Positions 9,650 through 19,922 of a stretch of 64,000 bases of DNA are shown here, in pieces. Position 1 is the first letter of the stretch, and the number at the start of each line of letters is the position of its first letter. The stretch spans positions 35 to 64,034 of the forward strand of contig UQOS01000004.1 of the NCBI GenBank assembly GCA_900542735.1. The letters run 5' to 3'. Below the pieces are notes generated by a model. That model did no database searches. It had not been told where the DNA came from and was given only the letters and a program-made list of their open reading frames with translations. The stretch is from an uncultured Mycoplasmatota bacterium. Lineage in GTDB: Bacteria; Bacillota_I; Bacilli_A; RF39; UBA660. The translations under genes were made by a program, and so were the position numbers.

Positions 9650-10129
9650 CTATCTACCTGTAGAACCAATACCACTCGTTCTAACATTATCTATATTTTC
9701 TTCATTATCAACTGTTAAAAATGGAATAAAAATACCTTGACATATTTTATCACCTTTTTTTACTACATAATCTTTATCTCCATGATTTTCAAGTTTAATC
9801 CACATATGACCTTCATTATCAGGATTATTATAATAATCTCTATCAATAACGCCAACTTGATTACATAATCTAACATTATATTTAAATCCTTGACTACTTC
9901 TTACCACAATTAGTAAAACTTCTGATGAATTCATATTAGCCTTAACACCAAGTGGAAATTTTTTTATTTCACCAGGTTTCAAAATAAAATTAAATAAAGA
10001 TTCAAAATCATAACCGGCACTTTCTTTCGTACTTCTTTTAGGAATATTATATGATTCATATAATTTTTTATCATCACTTACATCCTTTTTAAATTGTTCA
10101 AAACTAATTTTTTCAAAATATCTTGCCAT
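9650..10129 (-). CDS. dut: dUTP diphosphatase-like protein (dUTPase/dCTP deaminase superfamily)
   Basis: Motifs SAGYDF, RSS, GVIDRDY and the C-terminal GIGSTGR. ATG at 10127-10129 with a GGAGGT ribosome-binding site. Confidence 0.6.
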   Translation of the reverse strand: MARYFEKISFEQFKKDVSDDKKLYESYNIPKRSTKESAGYDFESLFNFILKPGEIKKFPLGVKANMNSSEVLLIVVRSSQGFKYNVRLCNQVGVIDRDYYNNPDNEGHMWIKLENHGDKDYVVKKGDKICQGIFIPFLTVDNEENIDNVRTSGIGSTGR

Positions 10130-10147
10130 AATTACCTCCAAAAAAAG

Positions 10148-10352
10148 CGACTATTCTTCCATAAGGACGAATAATCGCGGTACCACCTTAATTTATAGCA
10201 TAACACTATACACTTAAACTCTTAACGCGAGTAACGGATAACTATAATTATCAGCTCCAGAACCATTTATTATTGTTCCTCTATATCTACTTTCACCTAA
10301 CTAGACTCTCTAAAATAGATTTCCAATAACTCTTTCCTTCAAAACATTTATG
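10148..10352 (-). ncRNA. T-box riboswitch leader upstream of dut-metG
   Basis: On the minus strand: AATTAAGGTGGTACCGCG (the conserved T-box sequence), immediately followed by a GC-containing hairpin and a U7 terminator. An upstream AGAGAG GA-motif and a candidate AUG specifier (AAAUGGU). A TTGATG-17-TATAAT promoter lies just after the spoVT stop. Confidence 0.5.
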
Positions 10353-10370
10353 CCATAAATTATAACACAA

Positions 10371-10916
10371 CTAAACATAATCATCAACTATTTTGACTAA
10401 AATTGAAGCAATTAACCTGACAAGTACCTTATCATCATCAGTAATTTCATCGTTAATCAAGATAACACTACCCAAAGAATCACTATCTACCAAAATAGGT
10501 ACTAAAAAAGAAGGCGTATTATTTGTTTCATCTACCACAATATAAGAATTACTATCATTAAAAACTTCACATCTATTATCAATTTTTTCTTTAATATTGT
10601 TTGAAAGTTCTTTATTAAGAAAATGTTTTTGAAACTCCTTAGAAACCGCAATAATTTTCTCTCTATCAGTAATTAAAATATTCTTTTGATAAATTTTAGC
10701 TACGGAATCCACTAAAATAGTAGCATTTTGGACCATATTATCTAATAAAGAATACTTCTTCAAAATAATACCAACACTATCTACAAAAATTTCTAAACTA
10801 TCTCCCTCATTAATTTTAAAATTTCTTCTAATTTCCTTAGGAATCACAATTCTCCCTAAATCATCAATTCTTCTAACAACACCAGTTGCTTTCATATATA
10901 ACCCTCTTTCTATCAT
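10371..10916 (-). CDS. spoVT: Stage V sporulation protein T (AbrB-type N-domain plus GAF domain)
   Basis: N-terminal GVVRRIDDLGRIVIPKEIRR SpoVT/AbrB swapped-hairpin motif. 181 aa. Confidence 0.75.
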   Translation of the reverse strand: MIERGLYMKATGVVRRIDDLGRIVIPKEIRRNFKINEGDSLEIFVDSVGIILKKYSLLDNMVQNATILVDSVAKIYQKNILITDREKIIAVSKEFQKHFLNKELSNNIKEKIDNRCEVFNDSNSYIVVDETNNTPSFLVPILVDSDSLGSVILINDEITDDDKVLVRLIASILVKIVDDYV

Positions 10917-10978
10917 TAGTGTTAGAAAAATTGTTAATATTATACGAAAAAAGTATAGATTTTTTTACTATACTTTTA

Positions 10979-11605
10979 TTAATTACTAGTTCTAGAAGAT
11001 ATATCTTGAAATCTTAAATAACTTTCTTTTGCTTTATTGATTAAATTATTATCACGCAACATAATTTCCATATGTATTTTAGTTTCAAGCTTACCATATA
11101 AACGATTTTCTAAATAGTCATTAACACGACTAATTGCTAATTTTTCTTTATCATCATCAACATTTTCTAAAATATATTGATTAAGAAGCTCTATTCCCTG
11201 TTCTTTTATACTGATAACAGAATTTTCATGCATCTGTTCTTTAAAATCTTTTGTTGTTTTAAAAACCTGTTCATAATAATGATTTAAAGAAGATTCTTCA
11301 AACTCTAAATGGTCAATTTTCTCTTCTAATGTCTGTTTCTTAAGTTGTAAGTATTTATCTATTTGTGAATAACTCTTAATTTTCATATCATTAATAGTCT
11401 GTGTAATAAATTTATCACTATGGTAAATACCAGAGTCTTCATGAATAGAAATTATATTTTTAATTGCCGTATCAAATTCAAGATTAAAAATATTAGTAAT
11501 TGTATCTAGTAAACTATTAATATTTTTTTCTAAATCATACTTCAAATTACTAATAATTATCATTTTATTTTTTTCACGAAACATCTCTTTTAAATCTTTA
11601 TCCAT
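10979..11605 (-). CDS. Hypothetical coiled-coil protein
   Basis: 208-aa ORF that is acidic and Lys-rich. No motif was recognised. Confidence 0.3.
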   Translation of the reverse strand: MDKDLKEMFREKNKMIIISNLKYDLEKNINSLLDTITNIFNLEFDTAIKNIISIHEDSGIYHSDKFITQTINDMKIKSYSQIDKYLQLKKQTLEEKIDHLEFEESSLNHYYEQVFKTTKDFKEQMHENSVISIKEQGIELLNQYILENVDDDKEKLAISRVNDYLENRLYGKLETKIHMEIMLRDNNLINKAKESYLRFQDISSRTSN

Positions 11606-12125
11606 GTTATCAATCCTTTTATACTATAATAATCATAACAGTTTATTGAAATTTAGTCAAATTTCTGTAAAGCAAATAGTAACTAATCAATTTAAATCTT
11701 TTACGATAAATTTTAAGACATTATCTTTATTATATTAATACAATTATTATTATCTACTCATCAACTTCGTATTTATTTTTTATATCTAAAACCTAATCCT
11801 GTTAATTTTTTAATATGATTTTTAAATAAAATCACACTTTTGCTAATAATATTAAATATAAAATCACATTTCTGTTTAGTTTTTATAAAAAATTATCACG
11901 TTTTTGCATAATACAACAAAATAATAATGAAAAATTGCAAAAAAAGAACCCAAGTATAATTTTTCAATTATATCAAAAAATTTCAATAAGAATTACCATT
12001 TATTATTATCGTATAAAGCCAATAATTAATAACATACATTATTTTATAAATTTATGTAATATTTTAATAGGATTCTTTACGAACAAGAAAAAAATTGATA
12101 TAGTAAAAGCAGTTTGGTGATAGTT

Positions 12126-13607
12126 ATGAAAAAAAGAAAAATATTATTTTTAATAGGAATTGCCTTTATTTTCTTAGTAATAGGAACAAAATCATCTCCA
12201 TTATATAAAATAAATGACTGGTATGATGCTGAATGTTTCTTCACAATGGGAAAATCAATGATGATCGGTAAAGTTCCTTACTTAGACTTATTTGAACAAA
12301 AAGGTCCATTATTATTCCTAATCTATGGAATTGCTTCCATTATTTCTACAAATAGTTTTATAGGAGTCTTTATCTTAGAAGTAATTTCCTATACGATTTT
12401 CTTATACTATATTGATAAAATTATTACCTTATATATAGATGAAAAATATAGTTATATACTACTACCAATTTTATCATTACTAATCCTATCTTCTAGAAGT
12501 TTCACACACGGTGGTAGCTGTGAAGAATTTTGTTTTCCAATCCTAGCAATTACCCTATACCATTTTCTAAATTATTTAAAAAATGATAGCATTTCTAATC
12601 GAAACACTATTCTAATAGGTATTATGTCAGGTTTAATTCTATGGACAAAATACACATTACTAGGATTAAATATAGGATTTTGTATCGTATTACTAATAAA
12701 TGAAATTACTAAAAAAAACTATAAAGAATTACTTACAAAAATTGGCTACTTTTTACTAGGGATCCTAATAACTACTATTCCATGGTTAATTTATTTTGGA
12801 TTACACAAAAATGGAATAAAAAGCTTAATCGATACTTATTTTTTATTTAATATTACTAGCTATGCTGATGATATCAGTATACTTCAAAAACTAATAAACT
12901 GTTTTCATACTGTAAATGGTGTTTTAATAAAATATTATCAATATATAATACTAATTATAATTCCTATGATACTATCCATTAAAACAAAAGTATTCTTTAA
13001 AAATACTAAAAACAATATTTATTTATTACTAGTAACTCTATTATTATTAAACTTATTATTTATTGGTGGAACAAACTTTAGATATTATTCTTTACCAATG
13101 CAACCATTTATGATATTTGGACTAATCTATATCTTTTACCTATTATCACAAACAGAAATAAACAAATTTCTAAAAAAGAACATACTATTAATATCAGTGA
13201 TTACTACTAGTATCTGCTTAATAACTAGCTATTATCGTTCACCAAATACTGAATATTTAAAAAAAGAAAAAAGTTATTATGCACAATATACATTTCTAAA
13301 CTATATAAAACCAAACACAACATTATTAAATTATAACTTTTTAGATGGTGGTTTTTACTTCACTACAAAAACATACCCAACAGAATACTATTTTCAAAAA
13401 AATAATATTAAATACCATCTATTTCCACAAAATATAAATAGCCAAAGAAAATATGTAAAAGAAAAAAGAACTGATTATGTAGTAACTACAAATAAAATTT
13501 CTAAAAAGGATTTAAAAATACTAAATGAAAATTATAAACTAATAGCAAGTCATAAACAAAAGTATGAAGGTCATTTAAAAACTTATTATTTATACGAAAA
13601 AAGATAG
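12126..13607 (+). CDS. Polytopic membrane protein, GT-C-like (ArnT/PMT-type glycosyltransferase candidate)
   Basis: About 490 aa with 10 or more hydrophobic helices and a large hydrophilic C-terminal region. ATG at 12126. It lies on the opposite strand to its neighbours, between mfd and spoVT. Confidence 0.4.
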   Translation: MKKRKILFLIGIAFIFLVIGTKSSPLYKINDWYDAECFFTMGKSMMIGKVPYLDLFEQKGPLLFLIYGIASIISTNSFIGVFILEVISYTIFLYYIDKIITLYIDEKYSYILLPILSLLILSSRSFTHGGSCEEFCFPILAITLYHFLNYLKNDSISNRNTILIGIMSGLILWTKYTLLGLNIGFCIVLLINEITKKNYKELLTKIGYFLLGILITTIPWLIYFGLHKNGIKSLIDTYFLFNITSYADDISILQKLINCFHTVNGVLIKYYQYIILIIIPMILSIKTKVFFKNTKNNIYLLLVTLLLLNLLFIGGTNFRYYSLPMQPFMIFGLIYIFYLLSQTEINKFLKKNILLISVITTSICLITSYYRSPNTEYLKKEKSYYAQYTFLNYIKPNTTLLNYNFLDGGFYFTTKTYPTEYYFQKNNIKYHLFPQNINSQRKYVKEKRTDYVVTTNKISKKDLKILNENYKLIASHKQKYEGHLKTYYLYEKR

Positions 13608-13620
13608 TTATGATAAAAAA

Positions 13621-16600
13621 CTATCTTTTTAATTCAATTTTACTTAGTAAATCTACCAAATAATATATATAATGTTTTTCAAGTTTTACAGTATCTAAAA
13701 TAATGATCAATTGATTAGAAAGCATTTTAAAACGGAACATTGGAGTGATATGAAAAGCATCAACAAATAACTTCTCACCATCAATTTTAGTAGTAGCTTC
13801 TTCACTTACCACTAACTCTAATGAGTTTTTCGTATAATTTACCTTTTCAATGCCCAACTCTTTTGCCATTTTTTCAAACCATTCTTGATACATATAAATA
13901 ATAACATCTTCATCAAGTTTACCAAAACGATCTTCTAAATCCAACTGTACTTCCTTCAATTTGTCTAAAGAATCAATCGTATTAATTTCTTTATGAATAG
14001 ATATCTTTAACTGATCATCATCAGTATAATTATTAGAAATATGTGTAGATACATTTAATAATGGTTTCTCATTCTGAATAATTTCTTCTTTTGGAGTAAT
14101 TCCTTTTAATCTACTAATTTCATCTTGTAACATTTTTAAATATAAATCAATTCCTACTGTATCAATAAATCCAGCCTGTTCACTACCTAGAATATCTCCA
14201 GCTCCACGAATCGATAAATCACGAGTAGCAATCGAAAAACCACTACCAAGTTCTGTAAAATCTTTAATAGCATTTAATCGTTTAATAGCAACTTCATTTA
14301 ACATTTTAGATGGCGAATACATTAAATAAGCATAAGCAATCTTATTACTTCTACCAACTCTACCTCGTATCTGATATAGTTGACTAAGTCCAAAATGATC
14401 TGCATCTAAAATAATTAAGGTATTAGCATTCGGAATATCAATTCCCGTTTCAATAATAGTAGTACATATTAAAATATCATACTCATGATTAATAAAAGCT
14501 ATCATTCTATCCTCAAGTTCTTCCTTAGTTAATCTACCATGTGCAAAAATAATTCTAGCTTCTGGTACCAAATTTTGAATTTCAGAAACTTTACGTTCGA
14601 TACTATCAACATGATTATATAGTAAAAATACTTGCCCATTTCTAGACATTTCTTTATAAATAGCGTCTTTAATAATCTGTTTATTTTCTTCAATTACATA
14701 AGTTTGAACAGGATACCTATCAACAGGAGGTGTCTCAATTAAAGACAAACTTCTGATACCAATCATAGACATTTGCAAAGTTCTAGGAATAGGAGTAGCC
14801 GTTAAAGTTAAAACATCAACATTGCTTTTATACTCCTTTATTTTTTCCTTATGAGTGACCCCAAATCTCTGTTCTTCATCAATAATTAATAACCCTAAAT
14901 CTTTAGGTTTAATATCATTACTAAGTAATCTATGAGTACCAATCACAAAATCAATAGTACCATTTTCAAGCTCTGATAAAATTCTTTTTTTCTCTTTAGG
15001 AGAAGTAAAACGATTTAAAAGTCCAATATTAACAGGAAAATCTTTAAATCGTACCAACGCATTTTGATACTGTTGATTAGAAAGAATAGTTGTAGGACAC
15101 AAATATAAAACTTGTTTAGAATCCATTATAGCCTTAAATACTGCTCGAAAAGCTACCTCTGTCTTTCCATAGCCAACATCTCCACACAATAAACGGTCCA
15201 TTGGCTGTCTAGATTCCATATCATTTTTTATTTGTTCTATTGCCAGTAACTGATCTTTAGTTTCTGTATATTCAAAACTAGCATCAAACTGTTTCTGTAA
15301 CTCTGTATCTTTAGAAAAAGCATACCCTTCACGCATTTCTCGTTCAGCATAAAGTTTCAATAATTTATCAGCAATATCATGAATTTTACTCTTAACACGA
15401 GCCTTAATCTTATTCCAATCAGAACCACCTAATTTATTAATCTTTGGCATTACGCCTTCATTTCCAGAATATTTACTAATTAAATCAATTTTTTCAACTG
15501 GAATATAAAGTTTATCATTACCAGCATAAACAACCTCTATATAATCCTTGATCAAATTGCCATGATTTAAAGTTTTAATACCATTATAAATTCCTATACC
15601 ATTAACTGCATGGACTATATAGTCACCAACTTCTAGTTTATTCAAATCTTTGATTTTAGAAGCATATTTAAAACGAGTTTTATATTTCTTTCGAACTGAC
15701 TGATAAGAAAATAACTCCTTAGAAGTAAGTACCACTTTGTCCTCATACATAAATCCCTGATTCATTTCTTTCAAAATGATATTTACTTTTCCCTTTTCAA
15801 GATTTTCTTCATCAGTAATAATAGAAGAAACTTTTAACACTTTACTAAAATTTTTAACCTGTATTTCTTTTATATAAACAATAATGAGTTTATTTAAATA
15901 TAACTGTTCTGATAAAAAATGATTAATAGCTTCAATATTTTCGTGAAAAGATGGAATTTCTTTGCAGTCGAACTGATAAACCGTAAAATCTTTATCATTT
16001 AATAAATTATCAACTGTTAAATAATAATTTAAAGAACCAGGAGCAAAATAAGTAAAGTCATGCATATATGTTCCTTGATAAGAATTATCTTTTTCAGTAT
16101 GATATTCCATTACTTCTTTTAAAATAGATTGATAAGTAATATCTAATTGATGAGGATCTTTATAAAAAGTAATAGGATTATTTAAATATTCTAAAATAGA
16201 AGAAGTCTTAGAGTATTGAGGTAAATACTTTTGTTTTCTTTCTAAAACATCAATATCATCATCAAGAATAAATTCACTATAAGGACGAATAGTGATAGTT
16301 GAAATATTAGAAATAGATTTTTGATTATCCTCATCAAATTCACGAATAGATTCAATGGTATCTCCAAAAAATTCAAATCGTATTGGGTGGTTGGCATTAA
16401 TAGGAAAAACATCAATAATAAATCCCCTAACAGCAAATTCTCCAGTCTTAGTAACCAAAGATTCTCTCTTATAACCAATATTCGTTAAATATTTTGCTAA
16501 TTCTAATTGATCAAAATCTTGATTCACTTGAAAGGTTTTAATATTTTCTTGATAGGTAGTAATTGTAGGTAAAAAGCGTAAATACCCCATTAAATTAGTA

Positions 16601-16914
16601 ATAACTATTACTTTATCATTTTCTAAAATGGAAGTGATAGTTTCTAATCGATTTACCATTAAATCAGGGCTAGTAGCAATTGCTTCACTCGTTAAAAAAT
16701 CGTCCATTGGAAATAAATACACCTTAGACTGGTAATTAGACAAGAAATCAAATAATCGATTTGCTTCAAATAAACTACTAGTAACAATTAAAATAGAACG
16801 ATCATTTTTTTGATATACGGTATCAATATAACGACAAAAAACTTCATCAGTAAGGCCTGATAAAGCTACATTTCTAATATTTTTAACTGGAACATTAGAA
16901 GGAAAAAAATTCAT
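13621..16914 (-). CDS. mfd: Transcription-repair coupling factor Mfd
   Basis: 1097 aa. Walker A GDVGYGKTEVA, DEEQRFGV helicase motif, and the TRCF domain. Confidence 0.9.
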   Translation of the reverse strand: MNFFPSNVPVKNIRNVALSGLTDEVFCRYIDTVYQKNDRSILIVTSSLFEANRLFDFLSNYQSKVYLFPMDDFLTSEAIATSPDLMVNRLETITSILENDKVIVITNLMGYLRFLPTITTYQENIKTFQVNQDFDQLELAKYLTNIGYKRESLVTKTGEFAVRGFIIDVFPINANHPIRFEFFGDTIESIREFDEDNQKSISNISTITIRPYSEFILDDDIDVLERKQKYLPQYSKTSSILEYLNNPITFYKDPHQLDITYQSILKEVMEYHTEKDNSYQGTYMHDFTYFAPGSLNYYLTVDNLLNDKDFTVYQFDCKEIPSFHENIEAINHFLSEQLYLNKLIIVYIKEIQVKNFSKVLKVSSIITDEENLEKGKVNIILKEMNQGFMYEDKVVLTSKELFSYQSVRKKYKTRFKYASKIKDLNKLEVGDYIVHAVNGIGIYNGIKTLNHGNLIKDYIEVVYAGNDKLYIPVEKIDLISKYSGNEGVMPKINKLGGSDWNKIKARVKSKIHDIADKLLKLYAEREMREGYAFSKDTELQKQFDASFEYTETKDQLLAIEQIKNDMESRQPMDRLLCGDVGYGKTEVAFRAVFKAIMDSKQVLYLCPTTILSNQQYQNALVRFKDFPVNIGLLNRFTSPKEKKRILSELENGTIDFVIGTHRLLSNDIKPKDLGLLIIDEEQRFGVTHKEKIKEYKSNVDVLTLTATPIPRTLQMSMIGIRSLSLIETPPVDRYPVQTYVIEENKQIIKDAIYKEMSRNGQVFLLYNHVDSIERKVSEIQNLVPEARIIFAHGRLTKEELEDRMIAFINHEYDILICTTIIETGIDIPNANTLIILDADHFGLSQLYQIRGRVGRSNKIAYAYLMYSPSKMLNEVAIKRLNAIKDFTELGSGFSIATRDLSIRGAGDILGSEQAGFIDTVGIDLYLKMLQDEISRLKGITPKEEIIQNEKPLLNVSTHISNNYTDDDQLKISIHKEINTIDSLDKLKEVQLDLEDRFGKLDEDVIIYMYQEWFEKMAKELGIEKVNYTKNSLELVVSEEATTKIDGEKLFVDAFHITPMFRFKMLSNQLIIILDTVKLEKHYIYYLVDLLSKIELKR

Positions 16915-16927
16915 AATATCACCTATC

Positions 16928-17488
16928 TTACTTATGATTATATTTAGACATTAAAGCATCAAATGGTAACTGAAAATAGTCATCTAAAATAGCCATAACA
17001 GTATCAATAACTGTATCTAGTTTACTTTCATCTTCTCTAGACATTTTACCTAAAACATAATCTTTTGTATCTATACTCTTATTATTAGATATACCAATTT
17101 TTATTCTTTTATACATTTGAGTACCTAAATGCAATTCAATATTCTTAAGTCCATTATGACCACCACTAGAACCTTTTTTCTTTAATTTAAAAGTCCCAAT
17201 TGCTAAATCTAAGTCATCATGAATAATTAAAATATCATCTACTGAAATTTTATAGAAATCTACAAATTTGCGAATAACTTCTCCACTTAAATTAATATAA
17301 GACTGTGGTTTTAATAAAATTATTTTCTCATTTTGAGTCATAGTTTCTACATAAAGTCCATTAAATTTTGACTTTGTAATAGAAACTCCTAAGATACTTG
17401 CATATTTATCTATTGTTTTAAAGCCAACATTATGACGAGTATTTTCATATTCATGACCAGGATTACCTAAACCAACTATTAATTTCAC
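16928..17488 (-). CDS. pth: Peptidyl-tRNA hydrolase
   Basis: MKLIVGLGNPG...NTRHNVGF motif. Confidence 0.85.
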   Translation of the reverse strand: MKLIVGLGNPGHEYENTRHNVGFKTIDKYASILGVSITKSKFNGLYVETMTQNEKIILLKPQSYINLSGEVIRKFVDFYKISVDDILIIHDDLDLAIGTFKLKKKGSSGGHNGLKNIELHLGTQMYKRIKIGISNNKSIDTKDYVLGKMSREDESKLDTVIDTVMAILDDYFQLPFDALMSKYNHK

Positions 17489-17534
17489 ATTATCACCTAC
17501 TTACGAATAAAACTATCATTTTTTATTAAAAATT

Positions 17535-17548
17535 ATTTCCCGGGAAAT
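17535..17548. promoter_or_regulatory. Noc-binding-site palindrome ATTTCCCGGGAAAT within AAAATTATTTCCCGGGAAATAATC (pth-rsmI intergenic)
   Basis: Perfect match to the B. subtilis Noc-binding-site 14-mer. A CCCGGG is otherwise very rare in this AT-rich sequence. Confidence 0.7.
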
Positions 17549-17552
17549 AATC

Positions 17553-18395
17553 TTAGTGCTTTTCCATATGATATTCCTTATAAACAACCGATTTTGGAAT
17601 ATCTCTTTCAACAGCCACTTTCTTAATAGCCTCTTTTTCACTCATACCATCTTCTAAATAAAGACGAATATGTTCTAAAATGGTCATACTAGAATAATCT
17701 TCTTGTTCCAAATTACCCTCAACAACGACTACCATTTCCCCTTTTATAGAATCCACTACCTCTAGTACATCAGTAATAGTACCACGAATAGCTTCTTCAT
17801 ATTTTTTACTGATTTCTCTACATAAAGCAATCTTACGATTTCCAAATACCTCAAGTAAAGAAGTAAGCATATCTTGAATTCTATGTGGTGCTTCATACAA
17901 GATGATAGTATAAGGTAGTTTTTTCAAAGTTTCAAGCTCTTTTTTTCTTTTTAAATCCTTACTATTTAAAAAACCATAAAATAAAAAAGGAGCAGGATTA
18001 ATACCAGACATAGTCAAAGCTGGAACAAAAGCCGTTGGTCCTGGCAAACTAATTACATTAAAGCCATGACTAGTAACATACTCTACTATCTTATACCCTG
18101 GGTCACTAATAATAGGAGTACCTCTATCTGTCACAAGACCAATATTATTTCCTTCTTGTAGTTTTGATAATACCATTTCTTTTAAAGAATCTTCATTATG
18201 ATCATCAGAATGAATAAGTTTTTTCTTTATATTTAATTTATGCAACAGTTCACTAGTAACTCTAGTATCTTCACATAGTAAAAAATCAACCATTTCTAAT
18301 GTATGAATAGCTCTAAGCGTAATATCTTCCATATTACCAACAGGAGTTGGAATTAAATATAAACTAGGACTATTATCATAACTATTTTGTCTCAT
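17553..18395 (-). CDS. rsmI: 16S rRNA (cytidine1402-2'-O)-methyltransferase RsmI
   Basis: LYLIPTPVGN and CEDTR motifs. Confidence 0.8.
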   Translation of the reverse strand: MRQNSYDNSPSLYLIPTPVGNMEDITLRAIHTLEMVDFLLCEDTRVTSELLHKLNIKKKLIHSDDHNEDSLKEMVLSKLQEGNNIGLVTDRGTPIISDPGYKIVEYVTSHGFNVISLPGPTAFVPALTMSGINPAPFLFYGFLNSKDLKRKKELETLKKLPYTIILYEAPHRIQDMLTSLLEVFGNRKIALCREISKKYEEAIRGTITDVLEVVDSIKGEMVVVVEGNLEQEDYSSMTILEHIRLYLEDGMSEKEAIKKVAVERDIPKSVVYKEYHMEKH

Positions 18396-18412
18396 AAAAA
18401 ATCACCTCTATC

Positions 18413-19150
18413 TTATTCAAACATTTTTAATACTTCATCGGTATAATCACCATTCTGTTTATGAATATATAATGGTGGTAACATTTTTAAACTACTATTT
18501 CCCATTTTTCTACCTTCAATAAGCATTAAATTAGATTCACTATTTTCTTTTGGGTAAATAAATTGAATTTTTTTAATTTCGATTCCATATTTTTTAAATT
18601 TTTCAATAATTTCAATTAAACGCTCAGTACGGTGAACCATAGCAAAAACGCCATTATTTTTTAATAAATATTTAACTAACGATAAAATATCATCTAACTC
18701 TATCATTTTTTCATGTCTAGCTATTATTTTATGAATATCATCATTTAAATAACTACTCTCACGATATTTAAAATAAGGAGGATTACACAAAATTACATCA
18801 AAAGAGTCACCTTCATAAATATCTTTTAATTTTTTCATATCGATATTATAAAGTTGAATTTGATTTTCAAGATGATTATATAAAACACTCTTTGTAGCTA
18901 AATCATAACTATCTTTTTGAATTTCAACCCCAACAATAAAAGCTTTTGTTTTAGTAGAAAGAATTAAAGGAATGGGAGCATTGCCACAACCTAAATCGAG
19001 AATTTTTTTCGTTTTTGGATTAATTGTAACAAAATTAGCTAGTAAAACCGAATCTAAAGAAAAAGTAAACCAGTCAGAATTCTGATAAATTTTCAGATTT
19101 TTATAACCAACTAAGTCATTTAAAACTTCCATGTTATACATCAACCTCAA
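18413..19150 (-). CDS. SAM-dependent N6-adenine methyltransferase (YabB/TrmN6-like)
   Basis: DLGCGNA SAM motif and an NPPY catalytic motif. Confidence 0.6.
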   Translation of the reverse strand: MRLMYNMEVLNDLVGYKNLKIYQNSDWFTFSLDSVLLANFVTINPKTKKILDLGCGNAPIPLILSTKTKAFIVGVEIQKDSYDLATKSVLYNHLENQIQLYNIDMKKLKDIYEGDSFDVILCNPPYFKYRESSYLNDDIHKIIARHEKMIELDDILSLVKYLLKNNGVFAMVHRTERLIEIIEKFKKYGIEIKKIQFIYPKENSESNLMLIEGRKMGNSSLKMLPPLYIHKQNGDYTDEVLKMFE

Positions 19151-19922
19151 CTAATGTTTTATTTTTCGTTTCAACCGTAATCTTTCTCCTAAAAACATTC
19201 AAAGATACTACTTTTCCATCAATGCCATTTTCATGATATAGCTGTCCAACACGAGGAAAGTCTTTTTTTAACTCTGAGTAAGTTTGATCTTCATAATTAA
19301 GACAACATAATAATCTACCACAAACACCATTAATTTTACTTGGATTTAGTGCTAACATTTGATTTTTTGCCATATTAATAGATACGCTATTAAAATCTGT
19401 TAAAAAGGTACTACAGCATAAAAATCTACCACAAGGACCAATACCACCAATTTCTTTTGCTTTATCACGAACACCTATTTGTCTTAATTCAATTCTAGTC
19501 TTATAAATTTGTGCTAACTTCTTTGCATATTCTCTAAAATCAACTCTAGCATCTGCTAAGAAATTAAATAATAATTGTGTTCGATCAAAATTATAAGTAG
19601 CATCAATAATATTCATATTTAAAGACATTTGACTAGCAATTTCTCTAGCTTTTGAAACAGCATTATTAGCATCTTTTTGATTCTTTAAATACTTTTTTTC
19701 ATCTTCTTTAGTTGCAATACGAATGACATTTTTTAATGAAAAACCAATATCCTCATCTGCTACTTCATAAGTACTAACAACAACTTGTCCATATTGAAGA
19801 CCTTTTTCTGTCTCTACAATAACATTCATTTTCTTCTTCAAATCAAAATTTTGACTATTAAAAAAATAAGTTTTTCCTTTTCCATTTAAAGCAATTCCGG
19901 AAACTTTATACACTATAATCAC
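19134..19922 (-). CDS. yaaT: PSP1-domain protein YaaT/RicT
   Basis: Cys-rich PSP1 C-terminal pattern (GPCGRFLCC...GRLLCC). Conserved position between holB and the methyltransferase. Confidence 0.7.
   Translation of the reverse strand: MIIVYKVSGIALNGKGKTYFFNSQNFDLKKKMNVIVETEKGLQYGQVVVSTYEVADEDIGFSLKNVIRIATKEDEKKYLKNQKDANNAVSKAREIASQMSLNMNIIDATYNFDRTQLLFNFLADARVDFREYAKKLAQIYKTRIELRQIGVRDKAKEIGGIGPCGRFLCCSTFLTDFNSVSINMAKNQMLALNPSKINGVCGRLLCCLNYEDQTYSELKKDFPRVGQLYHENGIDGKVVSLNVFRRKITVETKNKTLVEVDV

Noticed and set aside
8098-9687. Upstream in-frame extension of metG (MLERVVLVLQVDRRDI...), which also overlaps dut
   Set aside because: The conserved MetRS N-terminus begins at MEKYYIST, which has a good ribosome-binding site. 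The extension is not conserved-looking and would overlap the dut 3' end.
11606-12125. The 520-bp AT-rich divergent intergenic region as a possible small RNA or regulatory array (repeated AAATCACAnTTT-like motifs)
   Set aside because: The repeats are short and imperfect, and there is no clear terminator or conserved structure. It is probably just divergent promoter space.
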